NCBI RefSeq assembly: GCF_018977255.1 | Contig: NW_024704743.1 | Span: forward strand, 64,792,001 to 64,856,000 | DNA from: Callorhinchus milii | Lineage: Eukaryota | Reading direction: 5' to 3' | DNA: 64,000 nt | Shown here: piece by piece, positions 13,921 to 28,629 of the stretch | How the letters are laid out: each line of letters opens with the position of its first letter | Numbering within the stretch: position 1 is the first letter of the stretch | The notes under the pieces: generated by a model | Database searches by the model: none | Seen by the model: only the letters and a program-made list of their open reading frames with translations | What the model was told of the DNA's origin: nothing | Translations under genes and position numbers: made by a program

Positions 13921-15273
13921 ATTAATTAAATCAATTAACCAATTAATTTCTTTCAAGATGCAAGTGCGCAGTTATAGCAACAACAGCAACTTACATTTAT
14001 ATAGCGCCTCTCACACAGGCTAGTTTCATGAGGGGTGCTATGTAAATGCTATTTCCAGCTGTCCAGCATCCATGTGTGACATTTGCTGCAGAATATTGGA
14101 ACTGTTAGACATTTTTACTTTGAAATATCTATGTTCAAGAAGCAAATGAATCAGATTCAGATGTGAGTCAGACTTTCAGCCTTGTCATCATTTTTGCTAC
14201 AACTTAGCCTTTTATATAGTTCATCTCTCAGAATGCTTCCAGAACTTATTTATCACAGACATGTGTAACAAGCCACTGATAAATGTATTAAGACCCCAGA
14301 AACAGAATAGTAGCTTTTTTTTAGTCTAATAATATTCCTTGCATCTAATATTTCCATTGGAAAGACATTATCACAAGTTCACAGGATAATTGTATATTAT
14401 TGATTATTGGTCAGGATGCCAGGATAAACTCTCTTCTCTTTACGAATAATATCATGGGCAGTCAGAACCTTGGTTTAACACCTCAAAAATAATAGTTGAA
14501 AACATGATTTTGTGTGCTGTCTTGCTTAGACACTTACAGATAGAATCGTAAGATGTAGGCCAGCATTTTTCTATGTACGAATGATTCTTCCCTTTCCTTG
14601 ACTAACCAGTTTCCTGTTTTTCAATACTTCTGAAAATGCAAGACTGCAGTGCTGGTTTCTGCCAAACTTCAGTCAGGAAACGAAGGTTCCAACAGCAGTG
14701 TTACTATCCAAGCAAAGTTTCCAGCTGTTAACTGAAGTAAATGGAATAAATGTTCAGCCCCCATACTGGGGTTAAACACATTAGACGCTATGTTATAAAT
14801 AGATACTGTGTTTTTTGACTTGTGCACCTACGCGTTGCGGAGATGGGTCTTCTTAACTTTGTACTTATTGGTAACTGTTACTGAGATTATGTTAGTACTT
14901 TGGACTGATAATCAAAGCTGACACTCCAAAATAGTGTGCTGCCTTGTTGGAGGTGCCAGCCAAGTGAGATGTTAAACCCAATATCCCATTTGACCGTTCG
15001 GTTAGATGTTACAAATCCCATGGAACTATCCGAAAAGAGAATGGAAGGGAACAGACATTGCCTTGTGCAAAATAATGCGGTATGAGCCTTCAATATATAG
15101 TCATTATACTTCATAGTTTATTTTGTGAAGCAAATTGAGATATCCTCATGACGTGAAAGGTGCAATACCAAATGCAAGAATTATTATTTTAATTTTGTTT
15201 CCTTTTTCTGCACTGTATTTGTATGTATATGAATTCTTCGGAGTGTTTCAGCATTACATGGAAGTTCTGAGAG

Positions 15274-16005
15274 CAGGGCCAGATTAACCAATACACCGGG
15301 TAAAATATGGTTTAGGGCCCCAAAGCCTGAACCTGATTGATGCATTGTATCTCCCGCCTGTGCCTCTCTTCCCGTTGTTCTCCACACTGCCTCAAAAGAG
15401 GCTACAGGAAGAGAAGCGCAGCAGGAAGCATGAGGCAGTCCGGAGAGCAGGAGCCGTGACTAGCAGCAACAGAGATCATCTTAATGGCACTGGAAAAAGA
15501 TTTTGATGCAGACAATGTTGTGAATTTGTGCACTTTCTGGATTTCATACCACATATTGAGTGTGAGAAAATTTTGTGAGAAATGCTAAAGTATATGAAGC
15601 AGAATCACTTTCAGTGACCTCCCCATGTGAAAAACGCTATTCAAATGTAATTTTGTTGTTGTTGGTGGAATCGACATTTCCAAATGTGTCAGTTGCTCTT
15701 CGTATGTTCTTAACACGACCAGTAAGAGTCTGTGAAGGTGAACCCTCATTCTCAAAGATGATTCTCATCAAAAACTCACTCAGTGATCCAGGATAGATTG
15801 AATGCATTCGCATTTCTGTCTGTCGAGCACTATTTGACACGAGGTTTTAATCACGAGGAGTTGATATATTTGCAAATATGATGTCATGCAAGAAAGTATT
15901 TTAAAAAGGTATTGTTGCATATTTTGCATGCATAGTACAAAGGGCCCCTAAATGTGATCTGACATCAGCCCCCACCCCCCCACCTAATCCCTTAATCTGC
16001 CCTCG
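15274..16005 (+). mobile_element. Internally deleted hAT-superfamily DNA transposon
   Basis: Left end CAGGGCCAGATTAA, right end TTAATCTGCCCTCG; imperfect 8-bp TSD (tctgagag/attgagag). ORF 15575-15796 FPNVSVALRMFLTRPVRVCEGEPSFSKMILIKN resembles the hAT C-terminal dimerisation domain. Confidence 0.8.
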
Positions 16006-16879
16006 ATTGAGAGTAATGTCAAATGCATTAAAATGATGGCTTCAAGAGTCAAGTACACTATAGATAGTGGTTCCAATCTCTGTGCCTTCTCTTACACAAT
16101 TTAATAAATTGTATCCAGTGCAATTTGAATCCATATTTATCAAGAAGTGTAGATCTGAACAACCTTCCAATGGTTGCGAGTTATTATCAACAAAGCAAAG
16201 GTGAACCTGATCCCACTTGCTCCGCCACAATACCAGAGCACCTTCCACAATATCATTGTAGATACACTCAACACAAATAAGTACCTATTTTGTAATTGGA
16301 CCCTCAAACAAAAATCATCATAGATTATCTTCGACAAAAAGCAGAAATAAAAATAGATTCCTTAGGATTTTCACAAGTAATCAATTGCCAAGAATTTGTT
16401 TCAGTGATTCATATCTCAGTCTTCACTCAATATCTCTGAGCCTGCTATACCGGATATCTTATTTAAAATAAGATTAAAAGCAAAAATTAAAAGGACGCAC
16501 AGTGGGCTGAAATAAAGCCTTTGCGATCTTCACTAACAAAAACTAACATGAAGGCATTTTGATTTTGAAAATACCTGAAGGAAAACCATTCCATGTTGGG
16601 GGAGGGTCGATCCAAAACCTATCATTAACGACAGATTGCAAGGATATGTTTTAAATTGCATTTTCCGCCCTCTGTGATAATGATCACCAGTATTAATATT
16701 ATAGTAATATTAGTAACTTTGTAAACTTTATAATTTGCTATTTTTACAAATGTTGCATTGATATTCAACAGTCCCCGTGAATTCTTTAATTTGCTAATCT
16801 AAAAAAAATCTACACGGGAGATCTACATGGGCACGTTTTTTAATCCTTCAAAAAAGGACAGTTCGTCTTGAGATTTATA

Positions 16880-17430
16880 TTTGATTAAACATTTGTTCAA
16901 CCTCAATTCCTGCAAGGATCACACAGCAGCACTTAATGAGAATGAGATGTAATGGGGATGTTTCTGTGTTGTAGATACTGTGTCCTCCTCTCGCATACTG
17001 AATGCTAAACATTTGCTGACCTGGGAAGGCAATGCAAGCACATTTATTAAAAGGGAACTCGATTCCATTGAGAATACTATCACCCAGGGTATAATTCTGT
17101 TCCCTATGCTTTCTCCCAAAATGCATAATTTTGCATGATTCCGTGGTGAAGTGCATTTTTTTCGCAAATCTGCCCACTCCATTGTATCTTCCTGTGCTCT
17201 TTATTACTATTAACACCAGCTCCTAATTTAGTCTCATCCACAAATACAGACATTATTCTGTCAACTTCTGGATCCCATCATTGACATTCATAGAGAACAA
17301 GAGAGGTCCTAAAACCGAACCCTGAAGCATTCCACTAACTACTTTCCACCAATCAAAAACGATTGCTTAATTCGCACTGTCTGCCACCTATCCTTCAAGT
17401 ATTTCTCTATTCATTTTGATATCTTTCAAT
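16880..17430 (-). mobile_element. Degenerate CR1 RT fragment
   Basis: Minus-strand SCKIMHFGRK and [15 protein letters not shown] sequence near 17300-17330. Confidence 0.7.
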
Positions 17431-18671
17431 CTATCCCATGGGCACTATTCAAAAAGAGAAGGGAGATTCCCCCAATGTCCTGACTTTGATGCTGCATCAA
17501 AAGAGTCATTCAAAACGGACCTGGATAAGCGCTTGAAGAATAAATAAATGGATATGGGAAAGTGGGATAGATAGAAAGGATGATTTACAAAAACGCAGTG
17601 GACATAATGTGCTCAAAGGTGCTGAAAACGTGTGTTGAAAATATCTACATTTCTAATTAAAGGATCATAGGATCATAGATCTAATGAGGAAAATCATAGA
17701 AAAGGATTTGATCCCCATCCAATCAATTTCCAAATTAGACAACTTTGAAACAATCCCAGAATAATCCCCATTTTATGGTTCTACTTCTCTACACTTGAAT
17801 TAAAAATTCTGCAAGGCATTTAAACAGGCATCAACTAGCACAAAATTCTAATTAATCCAAATACATACCTTTTACAAAGGCCACTTCACGTCCTACAATT
17901 TCTGAGATGAGAATCTGAAGAAAGGTTAGTTATTAGAGATATATGAATGGAATTTGATCCTTTTCCACCTAAATTCTTTCCCTGCTTTAAGTCCTTTACA
18001 GTTTTATTAAAAATGAATATCCCCTTAAATCAGGTTTGTATTTTCTAGGAGACCTGAATTTTATTATTTGCTCGCATGAACAACAAAAAAAGGCCAATTT
18101 GAACCTTTTCTGTAAACCTGCAAGAGTCAGTAAACTTCTCCTTTGGATGAATGGGCACAAGACGTAATTTCCATAATATCCTTTGAAAGCGTGATAGTTG
18201 TTCATCATCGATGACTTCAGATGTACTTTGGGGTCATTTTGGAAGCTTTATTGCCAGTTTCGTCTCCTCTCCTCCCCCACAGTTTCTAACTTGCTGCAGT
18301 ATGGATGTCAGCAAATCCTGTTACCTCGCCTAAGTGGTCACATATATGGCAAGAATAAAATTAGAAGGCCTAAAGTAAACTAGATAACAGATCACATTTT
18401 CCCACAATAAAAGGAGTTCATACTCTGCCATTCAGGAGAAGTATAGAAGCGCAAGGTAGCAAATATCTGATATTAAGGTGAGATATTTGTCAGTGATAAA
18501 TTTGTTTTCAATTACACACTTTTTTTGCAAAGCAAAGGAGGAATTAACCTTTTTAATATTCCTGCACCACTTGAGATTGTTTTCTTATGTTTCTTAAATA
18601 TATTTGTATTTTCTAGGGGGGGGTTGAAATGTATTATTTGCTCGCGTTATTATGTGCCCATTCATCCAAAG

Positions 18672-19114
18672 AAGAGGCTGCAGAAGAGATTTACCAGAAT
18701 GGTACCAGGGATGAGGGACTTTAGTTATGTGGAGAGATTAGAGAGGCTGGGATTGTTCCCCTTAGAGCAGAGAAGGTTAAGGGGAGATTTCATAGAGATG
18801 TTCAAAATTATGAGGGATTTTGATAGAGTAAACAGGGAGAAACTGTTTCCATTGGCAGGTGGGTTGGTACCAGGGGATATAGATTTACGATAATTGGCAA
18901 AAGAAACAGAGGGGAGATGAGGAAAATTATTTTTACGCAGAGTTGTTACGGTCTGGAATGCACTATCGGAAACTGATTCGATAACAACTTTCAAAAGGGC
19001 ATTGGATAGGTACTTGAAAAGGAAACATTTGCAAGGATATTGGGAAAGAGCAGGGGAGTGGGACTGATTGGGTAGCTCTTCTGTGCTGTAATTTTCTATG
19101 ATTCTATGGTTCTA
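18672..19114 (+). mobile_element. CR1 LINE 3' end
   Basis: LQKRFTRMVPGMRDFSYVERLERLGLFPLEQRRLRGDFIEMFKIM; ends in (ATTCTATG)-type repeat. Confidence 0.9.
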
Positions 19115-19819
19115 CGTGTGCATCTGCAAAAGTGGAGTAAAAACTTAAAATTAAACAATCCATATTGTTTTGAACCGTGGAATGACATTTTGTCCAGCTA
19201 AATAAAATGGCCCTAAAAGACCTGCATAAATAGTGCAATGTAGAATCAATGATGTAATTAAATACTGTATTTTTAAAATTCTGCTTCATGTTAATTTTCA
19301 AGTCGAAATCAACTACAGTTAAATATCATTATTGCTGATGTGTTGGATTCAGTATCAGCTGAACTATAGAACGCCAACAAAATACAGTTACTCCATTTCA
19401 CAGTATATCTTGTGAAAACCCCTCATAATTCTCTATCAGGTCACCCTCAACCTTCTTTGTTTCAATGAAAAAGTGCTAGTTCCTCCAGTCTCTTCTCCTA
19501 GGCCAAACCATTCCACTCTGATATCACCCTAGTAATTCTCCTCTGCACCCCATATTCTAATTGCAGTCTAACTAAAGATTTCTATGTCTTTAGCATTACC
19601 TATATACCTACAGAGTATTCAGGATATGGAATGCCCTGCTAAGAGGATTGAGTCAGAATCCATATTAGCTTCTATCTGCTATTGAGCATTGAGTTTCTCT
19701 AACTGGCTTTAAAGGAACCACTGCCAAACTCAAAGAAAATGTATATTAACTGGAAGTTAGTAATTAAGAGTTAATGAGGTTTCACTTTAATATTAGTTAC
19801 AGGAAGGATGTGTTATGTG

Positions 19820-20660
19820 TAGCCACATGTCCTGTTTCAACTCATAACTGTTTCAAATGGCTGAATAAAGAGGTCAAAATTAACTTGAAGGCCAAACAGA
19901 AATATTTTAAGAGATGTAAAGAAAGAAAAAGTTCCAACAATTATAACAAAAAAATTCCATTGACAATAACTGAAAGGGGTATTATGAGGTGGGAGGGCAA
20001 TAAAAGGCAATTATTTGTGGAATCTAAAGAAAGTATTCAGCTATGTTAGTAATATGGCACATTTAAGATTAGCAGTATTACAGATAAGGAATGGCAGATG
20101 TGTTAAATAGATTTTTCATATCAGTTTTCACAAAGTAAAACTGTTGTCAAATTACAGAGCTGGTCATTTTGACTTTGTTTTTGTGTAAACCAAGCAGGCT
20201 TTGGCGAGGTGGGTGTTAATCAAAAATAAAGCAAATGAAATTGTCTGTAACACGACTGGACGAGATGGGATATGCCCAGAATTCTCAATAGAATGAGAGG
20301 GAAAATGACAATTTTTGGTAAACATTGGAGCTGTACCTAAGACCTGGAGAAAGCAGGAACATGAAAGAGGTCATGAGCCATGAAACTGAAAATTGTAGGC
20401 CAGTTATCCTCATAATTATAGTGAGGAAAATGAGTCAGATTATTCACACAGGATGCTCAGCATGAGTTTAGAAGCCAGAGGTCAAGGATCACAAATTTCC
20501 TGGAATTATTCAAGGCAGTAAATGCATGATCAAGTAGATATGAATTATCAGAAAGCATTTGATAAAGTTCTGAGTGTGAGATGGATTACTGGCAAATCAC
20601 CTAGCTGGACTGAAAATTGACTCAGCAGAAAGAAGCAGAAGATTACAATAAATGGAAAAT
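19820..20660 (+). mobile_element. Degenerate CR1 ORF2 fragment
   Basis: atggcagatgtgttaaatag shared with 5482; QKAFDKV-like motif at about 20549-20570. Confidence 0.6.
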
Positions 20661-21184
20661 GGTTTTGCCTGAGGCTACTCACTATAGCGGTGGAGTTCGA
20701 CCACAATGTGTTCAAGTTCCACCGCTGTCCGTAATACTCATTATTAATAATAATAAACCTTGCTTTGATATATCAAGAGGATATATTTCACATCAAGAGG
20801 ATGCCTCAAAGTGTTTCACATGATTTACTGTAAATGTAGTACGGTTATGACTATATTTCATAGGTGAATGATTTGGGGGAGGCTGTTACTTATCATTTAA
20901 AATTTATGGATCATACTAAACTATACAAGAGGAAATGAAAAGGAGTCCCAACGGCAAAGGTGGAGAAGAGAAAATACAAAGCTTACAGTCAATGTGCAGG
21001 TTTTTGCAACTAATAACAAACCAAAAAGAAGGTTATATCTCGAGCACATGTCAGTATTCTGGAAGTTAAAAGAAAAAAAGAAAATATTCTTAAGTCTGTG
21101 TAGATCATGAGAGAGATCATTTTTGGAACATGCTGTTCGAGACATTCTATCTTCAAAATGATTGTGGAGAGGAATCAAAGAGGA

Positions 21185-21605
21185 ATAATAATAATCCTTG
21201 TATTTGTCATGCCACCCTTCACATTGGGAGGATGGACCAAAGGGTTCATCAGACTTACTGTGAAATGTGATGTGTTTTTTTTTGTAAGGGAACGCGGCAG
21301 CCAATTTGCGCACAGCAATGTCTCACAAATAGCCAAGAAGTGTGACTAATTTTATTTGGGGGATTGTTGGCCAAGACACCAGGAGAAACTCACTTCTCTT
21401 TTCAAATAGTGCCATGGGATCTTTAATATCCCCCCGAAGAGGCAGATGGGGCTAGATTTAACAAAGGAAAGTATCCCCAACATTGGACACACACCCAGAC
21501 TGCATTGGAGTGTCAGCTTAGACTATATGATTTCCAAGTCCTGACTTGGCGCTTGAACCCACAAACTTCTGAGTCAGAGGTGAGAGTGCTACCAACTGAG
21601 CCAGG
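21185..21605 (-). mobile_element. Full-length Deu-domain-type SINE (SacSINE1/AmnSINE-like body)
   Basis: tRNA head (ggctcagttggtagcactctcacctctgactcagaag...gggttcaag), ctgacactcc...aaagatcccatggcactatt core, L2-like tail. Family name is from recall, not a search. Related fragments lie at about 14905-15185, 23765-24090, 28965-29409, 32790-32890, 47893-48110, 48800-49150, 53570-53870, 56340-56530 and 60628-60945. Confidence 0.75.
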
Positions 21606-23356
21606 TTGAGTAACAACAGTTGGAACTCGCTTTACATGGAGTAACCTCTCAGAGCGCTTAAAGTAACAAGGAAGATTCCAGGAATTCGGATTTAGAAGTT
21701 ATAGGAAAGGATGGGGAGCTGGAGTCCATGTTATGTAGATTGTAAATAATCTCTACATGTATTGCACTTAATTGTATCCTGATGTTCTTATAGAGTAGGT
21801 TCAGAGAAGCCTGAATGTTCAATTTCAATAAAATAATTATTTCCTGTAACCTCTTGATTCAGCAGAAAAGAACCCATGTTTTAGAGTCAAATATCAAATC
21901 AGACCAACAAATGTTTGATTTGATGTATTTGTTTAGATTCAATTATTTCACACAGTGAGTGGCGAATATGTGGAAAACACTACCTGGGAGTGCAGTGGAG
22001 GCAGATTGTGTCAGCAAATTCAAGAGGGAATCAGACAGCTATTTAATGAATTCAATCAAAGGACATGGGAGCGAGGGTAATGTAGGAATTTTTTGACATT
22101 GGAGCCAGTCCCATGGACCACAGTGGTCTTTTCCAATCCCGTACGTCCTAAGTTCCTATGATTGCTTCTATAAATATAAACTTGCTATCAGATGGTTATA
22201 TTGCTAAATTAGGTTACATATTTTCAGTAATGTGCTGAGAGGAGATTTTGAGGAACCACATTTTTGTGTGATGCATCAAGCAGAAATTGTCTTCTGTCTC
22301 ATGCTTTCCCTGATCATGACACAATGATTTGTATCTTCTCAGAATATTGGTTCAATATTTTTTATTAAATAGTTTTTATTTGAAAAATCTATGAAGTTCT
22401 CCATGTTATGGCATAAATTGTGTGAGTGAGCTGTCGAACGGATTATAGGGGAAAAAAACTCAAATGTATTCTAATTGAAAAACCAGTTACCTAGGGTGAA
22501 ACGCACCTCTTTTTGTAGCCAAATATTCTTTCCCATCAAGACAGCTGTACAATGAAAGTTATCTAGTATCAAAGTGCAATCATTACTGTTGTATTTTCAA
22601 TTATCTTTTATAATGAAGTTTTCCTCTGCTTTCATTAGTAATTCATTTCATTATTGAGCGTACTCGTTTTGAAAGATATGAAGAGGAAACGGACTGAATA
22701 CGGAAGAATAAGAGGATTTAAACACATGACATTGTTTGATGGAAAAAAAGTCATTTATTTGTCATCCTTAATTCAAAGCAAAGTAGAAAGTTTTTAGATG
22801 ATTTTGTGCAGCATTTTATTTTTTCCCTATAGCTATTCAGTAACTGCCCACAATACCTCTGTTTGACTGCAAGAATTGTAATCAATTTTGTATTTTAATA
22901 TCTTAATGGGCAGAAAAAGTTATATTTGGCTGTTGTAAACCGATGGAATTTGGTCTAAATTATGAGCCGTATTATAGAAAAATGACTCGTCTATATATAA
23001 TATGGCCTTTAAGACAGATGGACAGCACATATGATATAATTGCATTCAGGTAAATGTTTTGGTGTGTATGTCGTTATGTAGTTACTTCTTAAAATTGCTT
23101 AATAGAAAGATAAATGCATCCAAAGAGCTGATGATTATTTTAAGCAAAATTATTTTTCCCAAGAAAAATCAATACTCTTCACTTTCTTGTTTTAAAATTT
23201 TGTTTTTGGAAAGTTTTTATTCAGTTTTACTCTGAGAAATGTGTCACATTTAAATGAATCTTTTCTAAGAATGTTAACCCAATCAAAATCCTTTGCATGA
23301 TAAGTGGCAGTAGATAAAATAATAGTTCATTGAACAGACCCTATCATGTCCATTTG

Positions 23357-23660
23357 TGGAGTACTGTAGCTCAGTGGTTAGAGCACTCGCTTTGCAAGCG
23401 AGAGACCTGAGTTCAATTCCAGGCAGGGCGAAACCTTGGGCAAGTTTCCTTACTCCACACACCTAATAATAATCCCTCCAAAACCAAAAACAATAATAAA
23501 TTGGTCATTTTTAATCTACGACTGTTTGTGGGACATTGCTGTGCGCAGTTGGCTGCCGCGTTCGCCCACAAATATACAGTCAATTCACTTTACAGTGTGT
23601 TCTGTGAAGCGCTTTGGGACGTCCTCCCGACGTGAAAAGCGCTATATCAAATGCAAGGTT
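23357..23660 (+). mobile_element. Young tRNA-derived SINE (short form)
   Basis: A-box tagctcagtgg, B-box gttcaattcc, anticodon arm ctcgc-tttgcaa-gcgag, L2-like tail; near-identical to copies at 34202, 38207, 46989 and 54826. Confidence 0.92.
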
Positions 23661-24871
23661 TAAATTTAAATTTAAATTATATCAGTTTAATGTTTTGGCT
23701 AAGATAATATTTGTAATACTCATAATATCTGTCGTGAGAAGATAAAAACTTTATTCACAATAGGTTTGGAGTCAGAAGATTGTGGGTTCAAACCCCAGGT
23801 TGGGACTTTGGCCTTATTGTTTAGGCTGACACTCCAGTGCAGTGATGGGGGAAAGCTGCAATGTTGAAGTGTTGTCCTTAGGATGAGATGTTAAAATTAG
23901 GTCCCATCTGCCTGTTCAGGTGTATGTTAAATGAAGTATTTGAAAAGAGAAGGAAGTTTTTCTAGGTTTCCTTACCACCAATCCTCCATTTTGTGAACCG
24001 CTGTGTTTACCTGTGAATACACAGTGACTATCCTGACCTTTAAAATTCTGTGATGCCCATGACATTCTTTGACAATGCAATAAGGTGTCAAATGGAATGA
24101 TTATTTATTGATATTATTTACCCGCTGTGTAAAGAAATCTTTCCTGATATCTGTCCTGAAATTGCCCTCGGTGATCCTAAGTCTTTACCCACTTGTCCTG
24201 CAGTTTGAACTCAGCCATAGATACTTGATCTTATTTTGTGTACTTTACCGTTTGTATTGCGAGTAAATAGGAGAGTCCCTTTGTTACTGAAAAAATACAA
24301 ATGTTTCCTTGATATTAGGTCACTATTTAAATACAGATGTGCAGAGAGTCCATTTTAGCCTGAGCACAATGTCTGATGTGGAGGAATTGGTACAATTTGG
24401 TATTGCCACTTTCAAAGCTGTTTCAATATCATAACCAGTAGCTGCAGTGCAACCAGAGCATCCAATAGTTGATAAAAGTAGAACTGGATATGATGTTAAG
24501 TGGATTTCTAACTTGTGTAATCAAGGTAGCACAATATGTGTGATAGCACTCACTTTGAGGTAAAATATGTTACAAAATTGATCATGTTGTAGTATAGTTT
24601 AGTGTAAAGGCTCTTGGCCTCTTCAACAACAACAACAAAAGCAATAACTTGTATTTATATAGTGCCCCTCACGCACGGTAGCATCCCAGAGCGCTTCTAA
24701 CCCTTGCTTGAGTCCTGTTGTCTGATGCCCGAACCTTGATATTTGTTAGAAAATCTGCCCTCTCATGCATAAATACATATATACATGTCATTGTTTCTGC
24801 TATTGATATTGATTGATCTGATTTCTTCTGTATTCTGTGTCAATTGAATTTTGTGCTCCATTTTCTTCCAG

Positions 24872-25132
24872 CAAACTCTATTAAATTGGAAGCCCCAAGT
24901 GATGAAGAGAATGGGAGAGCCGGTGATGCCAATGGTGAAGAGTGTGCTGAAGATCTACGCATGATAGATACTTCTGGGACTAATATGAATGGACCTCACA
25001 ATGGCCAAGACCACAAAACGTTTTCTGGAGTTGGGGGCATTCGACTTCCAAATGGCAAGCTGAAGTGTGATATCTGTGGAATAATTTGCATTGGGCCAAA
25101 TGTCCTCATGGTGCACAAACGTAGCCACACTG
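24872..25132 (+). CDS. IKZF1: Ikaros coding exon equivalent to human exon 4 (zinc finger 1)
   Basis: ttttcttccag acceptor and G|gtaaaa donor; 261 nt, phase 1 at both ends. Encodes [17 protein letters not shown]...[34 protein letters not shown], typical of Ikaros. Confidence 0.96.
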
Positions 25133-25706
25133 GTAAAAACAGGCATCGCTTTTTTCTGTTTTTTACCTTCATCACTTTCATTCGGATTTTACTATGCCAC
25201 ATTTTTGCATGCTACTTGCCCCCCTCCCACTCCCAGCACCCTTGAAGAAAATTATCATAACCAGAATAGTAAAGCGCTTCAGATTTTAAATGAGAATGTG
25301 ATGCCGAGATTAAAGTGAGAGCCTGAAAATGCATTTTTAATAAGTTTCCTTTTTTTTATTGTTCATTTCAATTTCTTTTTTTTCTAAGAAACAGTGAAAA
25401 AGCCACATTAAAAAAAACACAGAATGCCACAACATTAAAAAAAAACCATATCTGTTTATTCTGAAACTGCTGATCAGGAAGAGTGGCTCTTAACACACAA
25501 TGATGCCGGCACTCTATTTAAATGAGTTTGAATCTTCATTGTGATGTGCCATTTTGATTTTAGAAAAAATTAGATTTTTCAGATCAAATTGACCTAGTCA
25601 CTGAAGCATAGAGAAACTGGCAGGTTTAGTCTGAAAGGCTCATGTTATATCAAACTTGCAGCTGGCAGGAATAACACAACAGTAGAAAAGATGCATCCTT
25701 TTCTAA

Positions 25707-25970
<264 letters not shown>

Positions 25971-28503
25971 TAACCGAATGGTGCAGAAGAGACAGATTTA
26001 CAAAATATGGGTTGTGCTTGTTTGCGCCTGTATGTATGGGTAATTTGTTGATGGTTGTAAGAAGGTGAGTTAATTAGGGTGCATTTTCTAAAAAATACTA
26101 TAAGTAATATATTTATTTAAATTTTCAGTTTACACCTAGAAAAAGTACCTTGATAATGTTCCACAACTCACTTTCTTTGGTCATCCAGCTGTCTGACACA
26201 TGTGATGTGGAAACCCATCAACGTTCTTTTAAGAATATCCAAACCAAAATGAGAGTTCCGCCTACACATGGAAATTCACGTGGATCGGAATGGAATTCGC
26301 AGCCTATCCTTACCTAGTTCTGGAAAGTATTAGGCGCAGGCTGACCAGAGCCAAGGCCTGGGACCCCAGAGTGTATTGGGGGGACTACTGGCGACTAACC
26401 AGCTAAAACTGCATAGCTTGCCATTGATATCAAGCTTTCCCACCTCTTGTCCAGCTAGGACTGCCCTACCCATTAGGGCTTTGGCTTGTAGGGTTAACAG
26501 GATTGTTTGTGGAGCACAGTGTTTATCATACAATGTGTAGATGCAATGGTTGCCAGCAATCATAATTAGTATTCAGCAATAAAATTCAGCAATATTTCAC
26601 TTTTTAGATATTCGATGCTGGATGGTTTGAATCCTACAAAAGGATTTTTTGATGAACCACTATTTTTCATCTTAGTGGAAGTGACTGGTGGAAAGCATAA
26701 TACTGATGGTCTGAATTAGCTGCACTATTATGGAAAGTGATTAGACTGGGAAAGAAAGTTTTCTTACAATTATTTAATTTTACTTTTTCCCTATAAAGTA
26801 ACAACTAACAAAGTCCTTAAGACATAAAATTACTCTTGCCATTGGTGGCTTTGACAAAGTATGACAAAGTGGGCTTATAGCAGGAAAATCACTTTATAGA
26901 TTCAAATCAGCAAAACCACTGGGCCTATACCAAGTTTATACTGCTATTTTATCTCCGGAGACAAGCATGTGTTGACAGGGAACTAATAATGTGCAATGAT
27001 TAGTCTTTTCAGTTCTGTATCCATCCAGATACAACTTTCGGTCAGATCTCCTGTCCCTTTGCATACAGAAGATCTGATGAGAAGTCAAGTGTCTGGGCAA
27101 GTAGGCCTGGTGGCATTCCACACTTGTATAGACAGTTTCATGTAAGTGGAGAAATGTAAATGTGATATCAGTGTCAAGAGGAATTTCTCACCCGAAGTGA
27201 AAAAAAGTCTCGTTGGTTTGGAAATCTCTGACAGTAATACACAGATGTACTTGGACTCTGGGGATGCTTTTCTAATTTACTTCCCTGTTTTGTTAACACT
27301 TTTCTTTTTGTCCTTAACTTCCTCCCCAAAACATAGTCCACATCCCTGAGCAAATAATACATCAGGCATCATTGCTTATATGCACGCTATATCTAATCAC
27401 TTCAGAAAGTGCTTCTCCCACTATTCCAATTGGGAAATAACTTTTCATCCACCCGCCCAAAAATATTTTCTCCCCAACAGTTGAGTATCACAGTTGTGAA
27501 CCTGCATCTTACTACTCTGAAACATGGTGGATCAAAACTCGACTGGGTTGACCTAGTATTAGTCATTTGTGAAATCTATAAACCTTTGTTGAGGCTTCCA
27601 CTGTCATACTGTTCCATGCAGAACTGTTGTCCTTTTATTACTGTCAAGTACATTGATTTAAAAATCATATTAAAATAAGCCACTTCAATGGAGGTAGTTT
27701 CATTGGTGAACTTAAGCAGTGTTCCAAATTCAATGCACATTGAAGCTTCCTTATACAGTATCTAGTTACTGGTGTGAGGCTAGTTACCCTTGAACCTGTA
27801 ATGTACATTTGTAACCAGATTAAAATATGTGCAGTTAGATTGTATTTTCCACGCAAAGTGCATGCTCCAGTTTCCTCTGGATCTCGACCTAGTGGTCTAA
27901 GGCTAAGTTCCGGTTAATGCGGCTTTAACATTTTGTGGATTTTAGACATCATTCACTTTAAGACATTTTGTTTTGGGTCCCAGTAAAAAGACAGATTAAT
28001 TAAGGGATGTGGAAAAGGGATGTGGAAAATGTTTTGAGCCACAGTTCAAGCTGAATTTCAGTTGTTCCTTAGTTTTCTTCCACTGTGTGATTCAGTGCGT
28101 GAGTAGAACCAGTGAAGGGAGTAATGATCTCAGTGTAACCAATATTGTTTTTTAACCTATTTATTCTGTGTTTAGGAATAGCTGTTCATAATAATAATAC
28201 ATTTTACTAAGTTTCTGCCCTCCAGCAGTTCAAGTGAATGCCTAACTCCTTGGATAGGCAGTTTTTAAACAGTGTCTTTAACTTTTCAACTCACTTACTG
28301 GAATAATTCATATAGTTACAGGAATGGTGCTATTAGAGTGTGTGGAGCATGCATATTATTATACACATTGACTATACACTAAAGAAATAAACACTTTGAA
28401 ATATATGGGAGCTAACAAGCGGTGGCAGAAACAAATCCAACATCAATAAAGAATTGCAAAAAAAGTTGTTAGTTCTTAAGTGATCTGTTCTTGTTTTGTG
28501 CAG

Positions 28504-28629
28504 TTGGAAAACCTCACAAATGTGGCTATTGTGGAAGAAGCTACAAGCAGCGCAGCTCACTCGAAGAACACAAAGAGCGTTGCCACAATTACTTGCAAAG
28601 CATGGGCCTGCACAGTGGCATCTATCCAG
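28504..28629 (+). CDS. IKZF1: Ikaros coding exon equivalent to human exon 6 (zinc finger 4); not in the supplied ORF track
   Basis: ttgttttgtgcag acceptor, CAG|gtacat donor; 126 nt. Manual translation [51 protein letters not shown] is Ikaros-specific. Confidence 0.96.

Noticed and set aside
23357..23432. tRNA-Ala(TGC) gene (and similar heads at 38207, 54826, 58194)
   Set aside because: Each head runs straight into a common SINE body and LINE-like tail, with no oligo-T terminator; these are SINE heads, not tRNA genes.
1..24871. IKZF1 exons 2-3 (MD..EGQ, PEDLS motif) or the 60-nt IK-H-type alternative exon
   Set aside because: No recognisable translation found by eye or in the ORF track. They are probably upstream of the window, though a small diverged exon could have been missed.
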